The notes below the pieces were generated by a model. That model ran no database searches. It had not been told where the DNA came from and saw nothing but the letters and a program-made list of their open reading frames with translations. From an uncultured Anaerolineales bacterium (GTDB lineage Bacteria > Chloroflexota > Anaerolineae > Anaerolineales > VGOW01), in NCBI GenBank assembly GCA_964431175.1, contig CAYSIV010000003.1:14464-49132 (forward strand): DNA of 34,669 nt. The letters run 5' to 3'. Of this stretch, positions 9,129-18,765 are shown piece after piece (position 1 is the first letter of the stretch; each line of letters begins with the position of its first letter). The position numbers and the translations under genes were made by a program.

Positions 9129-11024
9129 ATGTGTGGCATCTGCGGCATCCGCCGTTTCGATAATTCCCTTCCTGACGAGCGTCTTCTGACGGCCATGAAT
9201 GCCGCCTTGTATCATCGTGGCCCTGACGGTGCGGGCGTCCACATCGCTCCTGGCATTGGCCTTGCCATGTGTCGCCTGAGCATTGTTGACCTGATCACAG
9301 GCGATCAACCTATTTATAACGAAGACCGTTCCGCCGTCATTGTCTTCAACGGCGAGATTTATAACCATGCCGAAATTCGGGAGCAGCTCATATCCAAAGG
9401 GCACTTTTACCGAACCCGATCGGATACCGAATCGATTTTGCATGCCTACGACCAATATGGTCTGGCCGCGGTGGATCATTTGCGCGGCATGTTTGCCTTT
9501 GCCGTCTGGGACTCTGCTGCTGAGACTTTGTGCCTTGCGCGTGATCGTCTCGGTGAGAAACCCCTCTATTACGCCGAACTGCCAAACGAACTGATCTTTG
9601 CCTCAGAGATCAAGGCCCTATTGCATCATCCTGGCCTTACGCCGGAAGTGGATGAAGCGGCGCTTGACCTTTACCTCACCCTCAACTATGTGCCCGCACC
9701 TCATACCATGTTCAAAGGCATCCGCAAACTCCCGGCCGGGCACCGCCTCGTCGTGCGCGGGCGGGAGGTCTGCCTTGAACCGTATTGGGACGTAACTATT
9801 GAATCGGCAGCGACTCTGCCGGATGAGGGTGAAGCCGCCGCCGAATTGCGCCGACGCTTTACGCTTGCCGTTGAAGAACGGCTTATGGCCGATGTGCCAT
9901 TGGGCGCGTATTTGTCGGGCGGTGTGGACTCGACGCTGGTGGTGGGGCTGATGAGCCGGGCTATGGATCGGCCAGTGGATACCTATTCTGTCGGATTTGA
10001 CGAGTCGGTAAGTGGAACAGCCAAGTTCAATACCGACGCCCAGTTTGCCATATTGGCCTCGCGGGCATTTAAGACGAATCATCGTCCCGTCATCCTATCG
10101 CGAGCTGACCGGATTGCCGAACTCGTCCCTTCTATCATTACCCAGATGGATGAGCCATTGGCCAACCCGAATGGGCTGGCAACTTACCTTGTGGCGCGCC
10201 AAGCCCGCGCCGATGGCCTCAAAGTTCTCCTCACTGGCGATGGCGGCGACGAACTTTTTGCCGGTTACGAGCGGTATGCCTTTGATTGGCGGGTAAGTCA
10301 GTACCAAAAATTGCCTCAGGCTTTACGCCGGGTCGTCCTCTCGCCATTATTGCGGTTGGCTGGCGGCGGGGCCGAGAAATTGGCGGATAAAGCCAACATA
10401 GAGTCGCCGATAGATCGTTATCTGAGTTGGCACACAATATTTGCGCAAACTAAAAAAAAGCAACTGCTTACGCGCCCGCTAAACTCAAATTGGATCGAGG
10501 TGTCATCGGCCACGATTGGCCCCTGCATGCTTCGAGGTCATTCCACGGTGTTTCAAGACCGGCTGATGACGACCGATCTCAAACTGTGGCTGCCTGAAGA
10601 ATCAAATATGCGAGTGGACAAAGCCGCTATGCTGGCTTCGATTGAAACACGCGCCCCTTACTTAAGCCATCCCGTCGTTGAATTCGTGGCAAAACTGCCG
10701 TTTGATCTCAAATTGCGTAATGGCACGAGCAAGTATTTGCTAAAACGAGCGTTTGCCGACCTGCTCCCGTCGGCGATTGCCAGACGACCCAAAATGGGCT
10801 TTGCCTCCCCGGCGTCGAAATGGCTGCGCCGTGAACTGCGGCCGCTAGCCGAAAAAATGCTTTCGGCGGCGGCTCTGGCAGAGAGCGGCTATTTCCGCAC
10901 CGAAGTTGTCGCTGATCTGCTTGGATCGCATATCCATAATCGCGCTTATCACCTTAATCAATTGTGGTCGTTGCTGACCTTTCAAATCTGGTTCTTTCAT
11001 TACATAGCGCGCAAAGAGATCTGA
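9129..11024 (+). CDS. asnB: Asparagine synthase (glutamine-hydrolysing)-like amidotransferase 1
   Basis: MCGICG Ntn nucleophile, HRGPD, FNGEIYN, RDRLGEKPLYY, LSGGVDS PP-loop, TGDGGDELFAGY, RPKMGF. Confidence 0.92.
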   Translation: MCGICGIRRFDNSLPDERLLTAMNAALYHRGPDGAGVHIAPGIGLAMCRLSIVDLITGDQPIYNEDRSAVIVFNGEIYNHAEIREQLISKGHFYRTRSDTESILHAYDQYGLAAVDHLRGMFAFAVWDSAAETLCLARDRLGEKPLYYAELPNELIFASEIKALLHHPGLTPEVDEAALDLYLTLNYVPAPHTMFKGIRKLPAGHRLVVRGREVCLEPYWDVTIESAATLPDEGEAAAELRRRFTLAVEERLMADVPLGAYLSGGVDSTLVVGLMSRAMDRPVDTYSVGFDESVSGTAKFNTDAQFAILASRAFKTNHRPVILSRADRIAELVPSIITQMDEPLANPNGLATYLVARQARADGLKVLLTGDGGDELFAGYERYAFDWRVSQYQKLPQALRRVVLSPLLRLAGGGAEKLADKANIESPIDRYLSWHTIFAQTKKKQLLTRPLNSNWIEVSSATIGPCMLRGHSTVFQDRLMTTDLKLWLPEESNMRVDKAAMLASIETRAPYLSHPVVEFVAKLPFDLKLRNGTSKYLLKRAFADLLPSAIARRPKMGFASPASKWLRRELRPLAEKMLSAAALAESGYFRTEVVADLLGSHIHNRAYHLNQLWSLLTFQIWFFHYIARKEI

Positions 11025-12214
11025 TGAACCTCTCCTACATCACCAACACTCGCATCCCCTCCGAGCGCGCCAACAGTGTGCAAACCGCGCAAATGTGCGC
11101 CGCCTTCGCCGCCATCGGCGCGGAAGTCACGCTCTATCACCCCGACCGTCGCAATCTGCCGGAGTTTAGCGGGGTAAATTTGTGGGACTATTACGGCCTG
11201 CCGCGATCTTTCAAACAACAACTCGTTCCGTGCGTGGACTGGTTTTATCTCAGCGGCCGCCGCTTGTGGTTGGAACGGCCAATCTTCTGGCTCCAAACCT
11301 TTACTTTCGCTCTATCGCTCATTTTCGTCCTGGCCCGCGCCTCAACTGACGTAATCTACTCGCGCGATCCGTTGGTGCTGGCGTTGCTGGCCGTTGCGCT
11401 ACCGGGGGCGCGCCGCCGCCTGTTGTTTGAGGCGCACACCTTTCCTACCACAGAGGTAGCCCGCATCTTCCGGCGTTGGGCGTTGTCGCGGGTGCGAGGC
11501 ACGGTAACGATCAGTCATGCGCTGGAGAAGTTGTACCTCAGTCTGGGCCTGCCGCCGCACTCGGTGACAACGGCCCCCGATGGCGTAGATGTTTCACGAT
11601 TCAGCCCGTCGCGCCTCAAATCTGATGCGCGCCAGGCGATGGGTTTGCCGCTGGATAAAAAATTGATCGTGTACACTGGCGGCCTGTATCAGGGGCGTGG
11701 GCTGGAAGAGTTGATCGTCGCCATGAAAAATTTGGAGGCCGAGTTGGTCATCGTCGGCGGCAGGGACGCAGAGGCAATGTTGCGATTGAAGACGTACGCG
11801 GCAGGGCAGGGCGCCAATGTGCGCTTCGAGGGCTATCGTCCTCCAACCGACATCCCGACTTACCTCGCCGCCGCCGATATACTGGCCATGCCCTATTCGC
11901 GCCGCACCGTCGCCCCCGGCGGCGTGACGACTGATTGGATGTCGCCGCTTAAGATGTTCGAGTATATGGCCGCCGCCCGGCCCATCGTCGCCAGCGACCT
12001 GCCCGCTTTGCGCGAGGTCTTGCGCGACCGCGAGAACGCCCTGCTGGTCGAGCCGGATAATGCCGCCGCGTTGGCGGACGGCTTGCGCTGTTTTTTGAGT
12101 GACGCATCGTTGGCACAGCGTCTTGCCGCCCAGGCCCGGCGCGACGTTGAGGCCTACACCTGGGAAAACCGGGCGCGGATAATTTTGGATTTTGCGATGA
12201 GAGTGGATGACTAG
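11024..12214 (+). CDS. Glycosyltransferase family 4
   Basis: Start at ATG 11024 (TGATG overlap). ANSVQTAQMC, YTGGLYQGRG, SPLKMFEYMAA. Confidence 0.9.
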   Translation: MNLSYITNTRIPSERANSVQTAQMCAAFAAIGAEVTLYHPDRRNLPEFSGVNLWDYYGLPRSFKQQLVPCVDWFYLSGRRLWLERPIFWLQTFTFALSLIFVLARASTDVIYSRDPLVLALLAVALPGARRRLLFEAHTFPTTEVARIFRRWALSRVRGTVTISHALEKLYLSLGLPPHSVTTAPDGVDVSRFSPSRLKSDARQAMGLPLDKKLIVYTGGLYQGRGLEELIVAMKNLEAELVIVGGRDAEAMLRLKTYAAGQGANVRFEGYRPPTDIPTYLAAADILAMPYSRRTVAPGGVTTDWMSPLKMFEYMAAARPIVASDLPALREVLRDRENALLVEPDNAAALADGLRCFLSDASLAQRLAAQARRDVEAYTWENRARIILDFAMRVDD

Positions 12215-13532
12215 AAACTTGCGTGCCCGCCTGAGCAACTGGATTGGCGATAGTGTACTCAAGCGGCTCATGAAAAATGCCTCATACCTGTTTGGCGCCG
12301 AGGCGCTGGTGACGCTAATTAGCGCCGTGCAGTTCCCGCTCGTCACTCGCTGGTTGGGCGCTGAAAACTATGGCGCGCTGGGCATCGTCATCAGCTCGGT
12401 GGCCCTGATCGGGCAGTTGCTGTCGTTCAGGCTGTGGGAGACCGTCATCAAATACTTCGCCAAATACTTGATGACGAATGACGAAGGACGCGCGCTGGCG
12501 ATCCTCAAGCTGTGCCTTTTCATAGACTTCTCCATGAGCGCCATCATCTTTACCGTTGTCAACCTTGCGGCTGGCTGGATGGCCGCGTTGGTGGTCAAGC
12601 GACCTGACGGCGCTGACCTGATCCGCCTGCAAGCGTTCTACTCTCTGATTCTGGTAAGCATGAGTGTGTGGATGGCGATCCTGCGAGTGTTCGACCGTTT
12701 CAAATTTATTTCCGCCTACAACGTTGTCTCCGCCATTGCCCTGTTCGCTCTGTCGGTGATTATGCTGGCGCTGGGAGGCGGGGTGGCCGGGATGATCATC
12801 GCGGCCACGCTGACCGGTTTGGGCCAAACGCTGACCCTGGCTTTCCTGGCTGGCCGTGAACTCAAATCCAGGTTCCGCCGCCACTGGTTCACGGCAGACT
12901 TGCGCTCTCTGCGCGAAGACTGGCATGATATTTGGGTCATGCTCTTCAGTATGAACATTGACACATTGCGAAAGATTGCGATGAACAACGCCGATCTGGT
13001 GGTGTTGGGCTGGTTCACCACCCCGGCTCAGGCCGGAGTTTACCGGCTGGCGAAACAACTGGCCTCTTATTTTGGCCGCCTCACTAATCCGGTTTACGAT
13101 ACACTTTTCCCTGAGGTGGTAAAACTTTACACGACCGAAGGCCCGGCACGGGTAAGAGCGATGGTGAATCGTCTGACGCGAGGGATCGTGATCGGGCTGG
13201 CCGGTTCATTTATCGGCGCCTATCTGTTCTCAGGGTGGTTGGTTCCCATTATTTTTGGCCCTGAATATATTCCAGCCGTTCCTTTGTTCTATATCATCCT
13301 GCTGACAAATATCTGGGCCGTGTTGTTGTGGGCGCCCAGCGTTCTGCTCTCGGCTGGCAAGGCCAAACAACTCACCGCCATCAACACCATTAGCTCGCTC
13401 GTCATGTTGATACTTTTGGTGGCGCTCACCTGGCGGTGGGGCAGTGTCGGCACGGCCATTGCCCTGGTGAGCTTTCACGTCATCTGGCTCAGCCTGACTT
13501 ATCCGGCGACCCAGAAGGCTCTTGCAGGATGA
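12207..13532 (+). CDS. Wzx-like oligosaccharide flippase (MOP/PST family)
   Basis: KNASYLF, TRWLGAENYG, DLVVLGWF...AGVYRLA, IFGPEY; about 12 hydrophobic segments. Confidence 0.85.
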   Translation: MTRNLRARLSNWIGDSVLKRLMKNASYLFGAEALVTLISAVQFPLVTRWLGAENYGALGIVISSVALIGQLLSFRLWETVIKYFAKYLMTNDEGRALAILKLCLFIDFSMSAIIFTVVNLAAGWMAALVVKRPDGADLIRLQAFYSLILVSMSVWMAILRVFDRFKFISAYNVVSAIALFALSVIMLALGGGVAGMIIAATLTGLGQTLTLAFLAGRELKSRFRRHWFTADLRSLREDWHDIWVMLFSMNIDTLRKIAMNNADLVVLGWFTTPAQAGVYRLAKQLASYFGRLTNPVYDTLFPEVVKLYTTEGPARVRAMVNRLTRGIVIGLAGSFIGAYLFSGWLVPIIFGPEYIPAVPLFYIILLTNIWAVLLWAPSVLLSAGKAKQLTAINTISSLVMLILLVALTWRWGSVGTAIALVSFHVIWLSLTYPATQKALAG

Positions 13533-13633
13533 TGGTGTTAAGACCCAGTTATCAACACGCCAATCGTCGGGTTGCTGGCCCGTTCCTGACTGCCGGATAT
13601 TTGCTACAGCAGTTTGCTACTCAGTTGATGGTA

Positions 13634-13679
13634 GCATCCTGAGCGGCGCGGCGATGTTTGCCGCGAAGTCGAAGGATGC
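13634..13679. repeat. REP-like palindrome of the CCTGAGCG..AAGTCGAAGG family with an extra internal hairpin
   Basis: GCATCCTGAGCG-GCGCGGCGATGTTTGCCGCG-AAGTCGAAGGATGC; the terminal GCATCC/GGATGC are complementary. Confidence 0.65.
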
Positions 13680-13830
13680 GGGCCATCAATCCGTTAGCAA
13701 TTTGCTTTAGTGGCGCGGAAAGCGGGCAATAGTGAGCATTGAGTCATGAACAGCATTGGCAACCTATATGAACTGACACCTTTGTTCACTAACGGCTGTT
13801 GCGCCAATAGGGTACCTTGAAGGAGATGAG

Positions 13831-14562
13831 ATGTCAGTCACTGATAATTACTGCATCCGCCCGGATTATGTGTCCCGGACAGCTAATTTGACAGTGCCCT
13901 CAGCTGGAACTACTGTTGATTATTGGTCGCCGAACAAAATTCACATGGCGCATTTTTACCAATACCATGTATACCTGCGTGGCCGGGCGTTAATCCAACA
14001 ACACACTTTACAAAGCGTGCTCGATATTGGCTGTGGCCCGGCCTTCAAGCTTGAGACATTGATTGCGCCTGTATGTCAGGATATAGTTGGTTTGGACGAA
14101 CCAGGCATCATTGATTACTGCCAAAGCCGCTTTGGTTTTGCCCGTTTCATTTCTTACGATATTGAGCGCGCCCCCTTTCCCCTTGACAGGACCTTCGACC
14201 TTATTATTTGCTCAGATGTGATTGAACACCTGGTTAATCCGGATAAGCTCCTGGCTGACATTCGCTCCGCTTCAACTGACAAATCGCTTATTTTACTTTC
14301 GACGCCTGAGCGGGATGAACTGCGTGGGAAAGGGTGTATGTACTCGCCTAAAGCGATGCATGTACGAGAATGGAATTATGACGAATTTGCCGCCTACCTG
14401 GCCAGCCGGGGTTTTTTGATAGAGGAACATACACTCGTTCCACCGCTCAAGTTCAACTGGTCAAGAGAACTGTTTGAGCTATGGTTCTCGCAACTTCGGA
14501 CGCGACGGAATTTTGCTTCCTGCCAGATGGTCGTGTGTAAAAAAGTCAATTTGGCTAGCTGA
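13831..14562 (+). CDS. Class I SAM-dependent methyltransferase
   Basis: VLDIGCG motif I, FDLIICSDVIEHL, LSTP, HVREW; AAGGAG SD upstream; visibly more AT-rich than its neighbours. Confidence 0.88.
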   Translation: MSVTDNYCIRPDYVSRTANLTVPSAGTTVDYWSPNKIHMAHFYQYHVYLRGRALIQQHTLQSVLDIGCGPAFKLETLIAPVCQDIVGLDEPGIIDYCQSRFGFARFISYDIERAPFPLDRTFDLIICSDVIEHLVNPDKLLADIRSASTDKSLILLSTPERDELRGKGCMYSPKAMHVREWNYDEFAAYLASRGFLIEEHTLVPPLKFNWSRELFELWFSQLRTRRNFASCQMVVCKKVNLAS

Positions 14563-14564
14563 TA

Positions 14565-16370
14565 ATGTGCGGTATTTGTGGCTTGTGGCATTCGGATAAA
14601 TCGGTGGCTGAAACAGCGCTCAAGGCAATGAGTGATCGGCAAGCGCACCGTGGCCCGGACGATTCGGGCGTGTACTGCAACGCCGACCGTCGTCTCGGCT
14701 TCGGCTTCCGGCGGTTGGCAATTATTGACCTCTCACCCAGCGGTCACCAGCCGATGAGTAATGAGGATGGCAGTTTGTGGATCGTCTTCAACGGCGAAAT
14801 CTACAACTACCCGGCTTTGCGCAAGGAATTGGTTCGCGCCGGGCACGAGTTCCGCTCGGCATCTGACACCGAAGTGATTCTGCACGGCTACGAAGAATGG
14901 GGCGAACGCTTGCTTCAGCGCTTGCGGGGTATGTTTGCTTTTGCCATCTGGAACGAAACCAACCAGAGCCTTTTCATCGCCCGCGACCGGCTTGGCATCA
15001 AGCCTCTGCACTACTACTGGGATGGTGAACGATTCGCCTTCGCCAGTGAGCTCAAATCACTGCTTACCCTGCCATACCTGAGAACCGATCTGGATCACTC
15101 GGCATTGTGGGACTACTTCACCTACCTCTACATTCCTACGCCCAAGACGGTCTACAAGTTCATCCGCAAACTGCCGCCGGCCCACTTTCTCAAGTTCAAC
15201 GGCCATGAGCCGGAAATAATAGAATACTGGGATGTGACAGGCTGGGGCGTTTCGACTCTGACCCGGCCCGAAGCCGCCGAGGCCGTGCGCGAAAAACTGT
15301 TTGAGACGACGAAAGTCCACCTCATCGCCGATGTGCCGGTGGGCATCCTGCTCTCCGGCGGGCTGGACTCGACGGCGGTGACGGCGGCGGCGGTAAAAGG
15401 GCAACCACCCTCCGCCTTGAACGGGGCGGGCGGGTTGCCTTTCCAATCGTTTTCGATCGGCTTTGACGTGCCCGAACATTCGGAGTTGGAATATGCTCAG
15501 ATAGCCGCGGAAGCGTTTGGCACTGTGCACCGTACTCGCATCGTCTCACAAGGAAACCTGGCCGAAGCGCTGACGCAGATGGTAACTCTGTTCGACGAGC
15601 CGTTCGCCGAAACTTCGGGGTTGCCAACGCTGGTCGTCTCGCAATTGGCCGCCGAGCATGTGAAAGTAGTGTTAGCCGGTGACGGCGGCGATGAAACGCT
15701 GGCCGGATATTTCAAATACTGGCGCTGGCTGGAGTTGGCGGCCCAGGATCGCGGCAGTCCGGCGCTGAGAAAATTGATATTCGACGATGTGGCGTTGAAT
15801 CTGTTCAAGCCGCTGGCCGGCCTGCCCAAGATGCAGGCCGTTATCAACCTTGCCAACCTTGACGTGCGCGGCAAAGACGGCGTAGACCGTTACGGCGCAA
15901 TCATTAGCTCGATCAAAACTTACCAAAAGCCCAAACTCCTGCCTGACTTGGCTCGCGAGTTTCGCGGCTACGACGACTACTGGCATTTGCGCCGTTACTG
16001 GCGTGACGATCTTGATCCGCTCTCGCGACTGCAATACGTTGACCTCAAGACTTATTTGCCGGACGATATTCTTACCAAAGTGGATCGGGCCAGCATGGCG
16101 GCTTCCCTTGAGGTCCGCGTTCCTTTGCTGGATCACGAGTGGGTGGAGTTGACGGCGTCCCTGCCATCCGAATTTCGTTTCCGCAAAGCCATCTTTCGCG
16201 AAGCGTTGGCCGGCATCTTGCCCGAGCCGATCCTCAGCCGCCGCAAAAAAGGATTCTCGTCACCGATGTTGAACTGGCAAAAGGCGGAGACTCGCAACGG
16301 AGCCAGGTTGGGCGGGGCGGCGCTGTGGGCGGCCCAGGTTTACGACGCATGGAAAACGGCCCGCGTCTGA
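14565..16370 (+). CDS. asnB: Asparagine synthase (glutamine-hydrolysing)-like amidotransferase 2
   Basis: MCGICG, HRGPD, FNGEIYNY, LSGGLDS, GDGGDE, KVDRASMAASLEVRVP, RRKKGF. Confidence 0.92.
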   Translation: MCGICGLWHSDKSVAETALKAMSDRQAHRGPDDSGVYCNADRRLGFGFRRLAIIDLSPSGHQPMSNEDGSLWIVFNGEIYNYPALRKELVRAGHEFRSASDTEVILHGYEEWGERLLQRLRGMFAFAIWNETNQSLFIARDRLGIKPLHYYWDGERFAFASELKSLLTLPYLRTDLDHSALWDYFTYLYIPTPKTVYKFIRKLPPAHFLKFNGHEPEIIEYWDVTGWGVSTLTRPEAAEAVREKLFETTKVHLIADVPVGILLSGGLDSTAVTAAAVKGQPPSALNGAGGLPFQSFSIGFDVPEHSELEYAQIAAEAFGTVHRTRIVSQGNLAEALTQMVTLFDEPFAETSGLPTLVVSQLAAEHVKVVLAGDGGDETLAGYFKYWRWLELAAQDRGSPALRKLIFDDVALNLFKPLAGLPKMQAVINLANLDVRGKDGVDRYGAIISSIKTYQKPKLLPDLAREFRGYDDYWHLRRYWRDDLDPLSRLQYVDLKTYLPDDILTKVDRASMAASLEVRVPLLDHEWVELTASLPSEFRFRKAIFREALAGILPEPILSRRKKGFSSPMLNWQKAETRNGARLGGAALWAAQVYDAWKTARV

Positions 16371-17473
16371 CGTACATCACCACCGCCACCTTTCCGGCGC
16401 CGAAAGCGTCGTCGGTGCAGGTGATGCAAATGTGCGCCGCATTTGCCGAGGTTGGCGCTCTGGTAAAATTGGTTGCGCGCCGGGAGGCAACACTAGCAAA
16501 CGCAGATGTGTTTGCGCATTACGGCCTGCCGCGAAGTTTCAGTTTTGAGGCGCGACCATTGCCTCGCTGGCCGCGCCCCACCGACTTGCTTCAAGCCCAA
16601 GCCGTCTTCGCCGAACAAGGCTCAGATTGGATCTGCTATTCGCGCATTCGCGATCTAACAGCGCCAGTGCTGGCTCTGGCGCGCGGCGCAAAGGCGGCAG
16701 TGGAAGTGCATGGCCGCCCGGCGACGTTGCGCGAGCGAGTCATGTTGAAATGGGTGGGCCGTCATCCGCGTGGGCGGCTGTTTACTATTTCCGAGCCGTT
16801 GCAGGAAATTTACCGGCGTGATTACGGGCTGGTCACTCACGCCGCTCCCGATGCAGTGGACATGAGCCGGTTCAACCCGCCGTTGACAACTGCTCAGGCG
16901 CGGGCGCAGTTGGGATTGGAGTCGGGGCCGTGGGTGGTATACCTTGGCGGGTTGTACGAAGGGCGAGGGCTGGAGTCGCTCTTCACGGCAGTGTCCGGCC
17001 TGCCCGTGAATCTGTTGATCGTGGGCGGGCGTTCGCTGGAGGAAATTGCCGCCTGGCGCGAACGGTCGAAGTCTCTTGGAGCAACCCGTGTCCGTTTTGA
17101 AGGCTACCAGCCGCCGGCGCGTGTGCCGCTCTACTTGTTTGCCGCCGACGTGTTGGCGATGCCTTATGGCAAACGGGTGATGACGCCGAGCGGCGAAGAC
17201 ATCGCCGAATGGATTTCGCCGATGAAGCTGTTTGAATACCTGGCCGCTGGCCGCCCGATCGTGTCCAGCGATTTGCCGGTGTTGCGCTCCGTGCTGACTC
17301 ATGAGAGGAACGCTCTGCTGTCGGCGGCTGATGATGCAGCTGAACTGCGACCATCAATTGAGCGGATTTTGCGCGAGCCAGCGTTGGCTGAGCGTTTGGC
17401 CGCCAATGCGCGCCAGACGGCTGGACGTTACACCTGGGCCGCGCGAGCGAAACATATTTTGGAGTTGATCTGA
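16349..17473 (+). CDS. Glycosyltransferase family 4 (paralog of 11024-12214)
   Basis: Start reassigned to ATG 16349. ASSVQVMQMC, YLGGLYEGRG, SPMKLFEYLAAGRP. Confidence 0.88.
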   Translation: MENGPRLTYITTATFPAPKASSVQVMQMCAAFAEVGALVKLVARREATLANADVFAHYGLPRSFSFEARPLPRWPRPTDLLQAQAVFAEQGSDWICYSRIRDLTAPVLALARGAKAAVEVHGRPATLRERVMLKWVGRHPRGRLFTISEPLQEIYRRDYGLVTHAAPDAVDMSRFNPPLTTAQARAQLGLESGPWVVYLGGLYEGRGLESLFTAVSGLPVNLLIVGGRSLEEIAAWRERSKSLGATRVRFEGYQPPARVPLYLFAADVLAMPYGKRVMTPSGEDIAEWISPMKLFEYLAAGRPIVSSDLPVLRSVLTHERNALLSAADDAAELRPSIERILREPALAERLAANARQTAGRYTWAARAKHILELI

Positions 17474-18733
17474 GTGGCTACTCGAACTTCATCGCTTGAG
17501 TTACCTGCGAGCGATGCAAAACAATCTTCCATTTCGACTCAGGCCCGTTGGTTGTGGAGCGGCGGCGTGGCGGGGCTGATGTTGTTGCGGCTGGCGATGA
17601 GTTGGCTGTTGCTAAACGATGTTCCCCGCTTGCCGTCGCACGACGGCTGGTACTGGCGCACGGGTGGCGATCAGGCGTTATACTTCCAAATCGCCCAATC
17701 ATTTGTGGCCGGTGAACCGTTGAACAAATCCGTCAGCATCGGGCTGTCACTGCTCATGGCCGGGGTGATCAAGCTCACGCAGGCCGATGATTTTCGCGAC
17801 ATTCTGCCCTGGCTGGTCATTCTGAACGGCTTTGTGTTGGCCGCGCTGAGTGTATGGGTGATGGCTCAACTCACTTATGGATTGACGCGAAGCCGATGGC
17901 AGGCGCTGACGGCGGCGGCCCTTTGGACGCTTTCGCCTTACGGACTATGGCTGGCCCTCGGATTTCACCGCGAAGCCGAGACCCTGCGCGACGTTTATGT
18001 GTCGCTCCAGTTGTGGATGAAGGCCTTGACAGACCCTCCCTCGCTATTTACGGCGATGCTCGGCATTCTGTTGGTGGTTCTGGGTGTTCAGGCCGCCAGT
18101 CAGAAGAATCGGCATTGGCAACGAGAAATTCTTTTTGGGTTGGGCGGACTGTCGCTGGGCCTGGCGGCAAGCTTACGGTTTCAGACTCTGGCGATGTCGG
18201 GAATGATCTGGATAGCTTTGCTGTGGAATCGGCAGTGGCGCGGGCTGGCGCTGGTGTGTGCCGGCTTCCTCGTCGGTTTTTCGCCGCAATTCTGGTACAA
18301 CGCCACAGTCGTCGGCCACGTGTTGAACATGCCGTACGTGAGTGGCTGGATCGGCTTCCGCCCCGACGGCAGCTTTATTTTTGATTGGCGTAGTATGCAG
18401 TTTTCGCCGCAGTTCTTCATCGACAATCTGATATTCGTGGCGCGCCGGCAATGGGTTTTAGCCCTGGTTGGATGCCTGGCCGTTGTGATTTTCGTCTATG
18501 TCGTCGCTCAGTGCTGGCGGCAGCGCGGGAGCTTTGCGGCGCTGGTGATGTTCGGCGTACCAGTGGCGAGTCTGGGCTTGCACATCGTCACTTACGTCTT
18601 TGCAATAGACCCAATTCGCTTCTCCCTCCCGGCGCTCTCGTTGAGCATCCCGGCGGCGATATGGACAGTGTCGTTTGCGGCTTCGGAATTGCGATCAAAA
18701 ATCAACCCCTCGCCTTCTCGCTTGGGGAACTAG
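17474..18733 (+). CDS. Polytopic membrane protein, probable GT-C fold glycosyltransferase
   Basis: TM1 is followed by a GGDQALYFQIA loop; LTDPPSLF; LAASLRFQ; PQFWYN; RFSLP. Confidence 0.6.
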   Translation: MATRTSSLELPASDAKQSSISTQARWLWSGGVAGLMLLRLAMSWLLLNDVPRLPSHDGWYWRTGGDQALYFQIAQSFVAGEPLNKSVSIGLSLLMAGVIKLTQADDFRDILPWLVILNGFVLAALSVWVMAQLTYGLTRSRWQALTAAALWTLSPYGLWLALGFHREAETLRDVYVSLQLWMKALTDPPSLFTAMLGILLVVLGVQAASQKNRHWQREILFGLGGLSLGLAASLRFQTLAMSGMIWIALLWNRQWRGLALVCAGFLVGFSPQFWYNATVVGHVLNMPYVSGWIGFRPDGSFIFDWRSMQFSPQFFIDNLIFVARRQWVLALVGCLAVVIFVYVVAQCWRQRGSFAALVMFGVPVASLGLHIVTYVFAIDPIRFSLPALSLSIPAAIWTVSFAASELRSKINPSPSRLGN

Positions 18734-18765
18734 AGGAACCTTTGTAAGAAAGGCAACACTTAATC

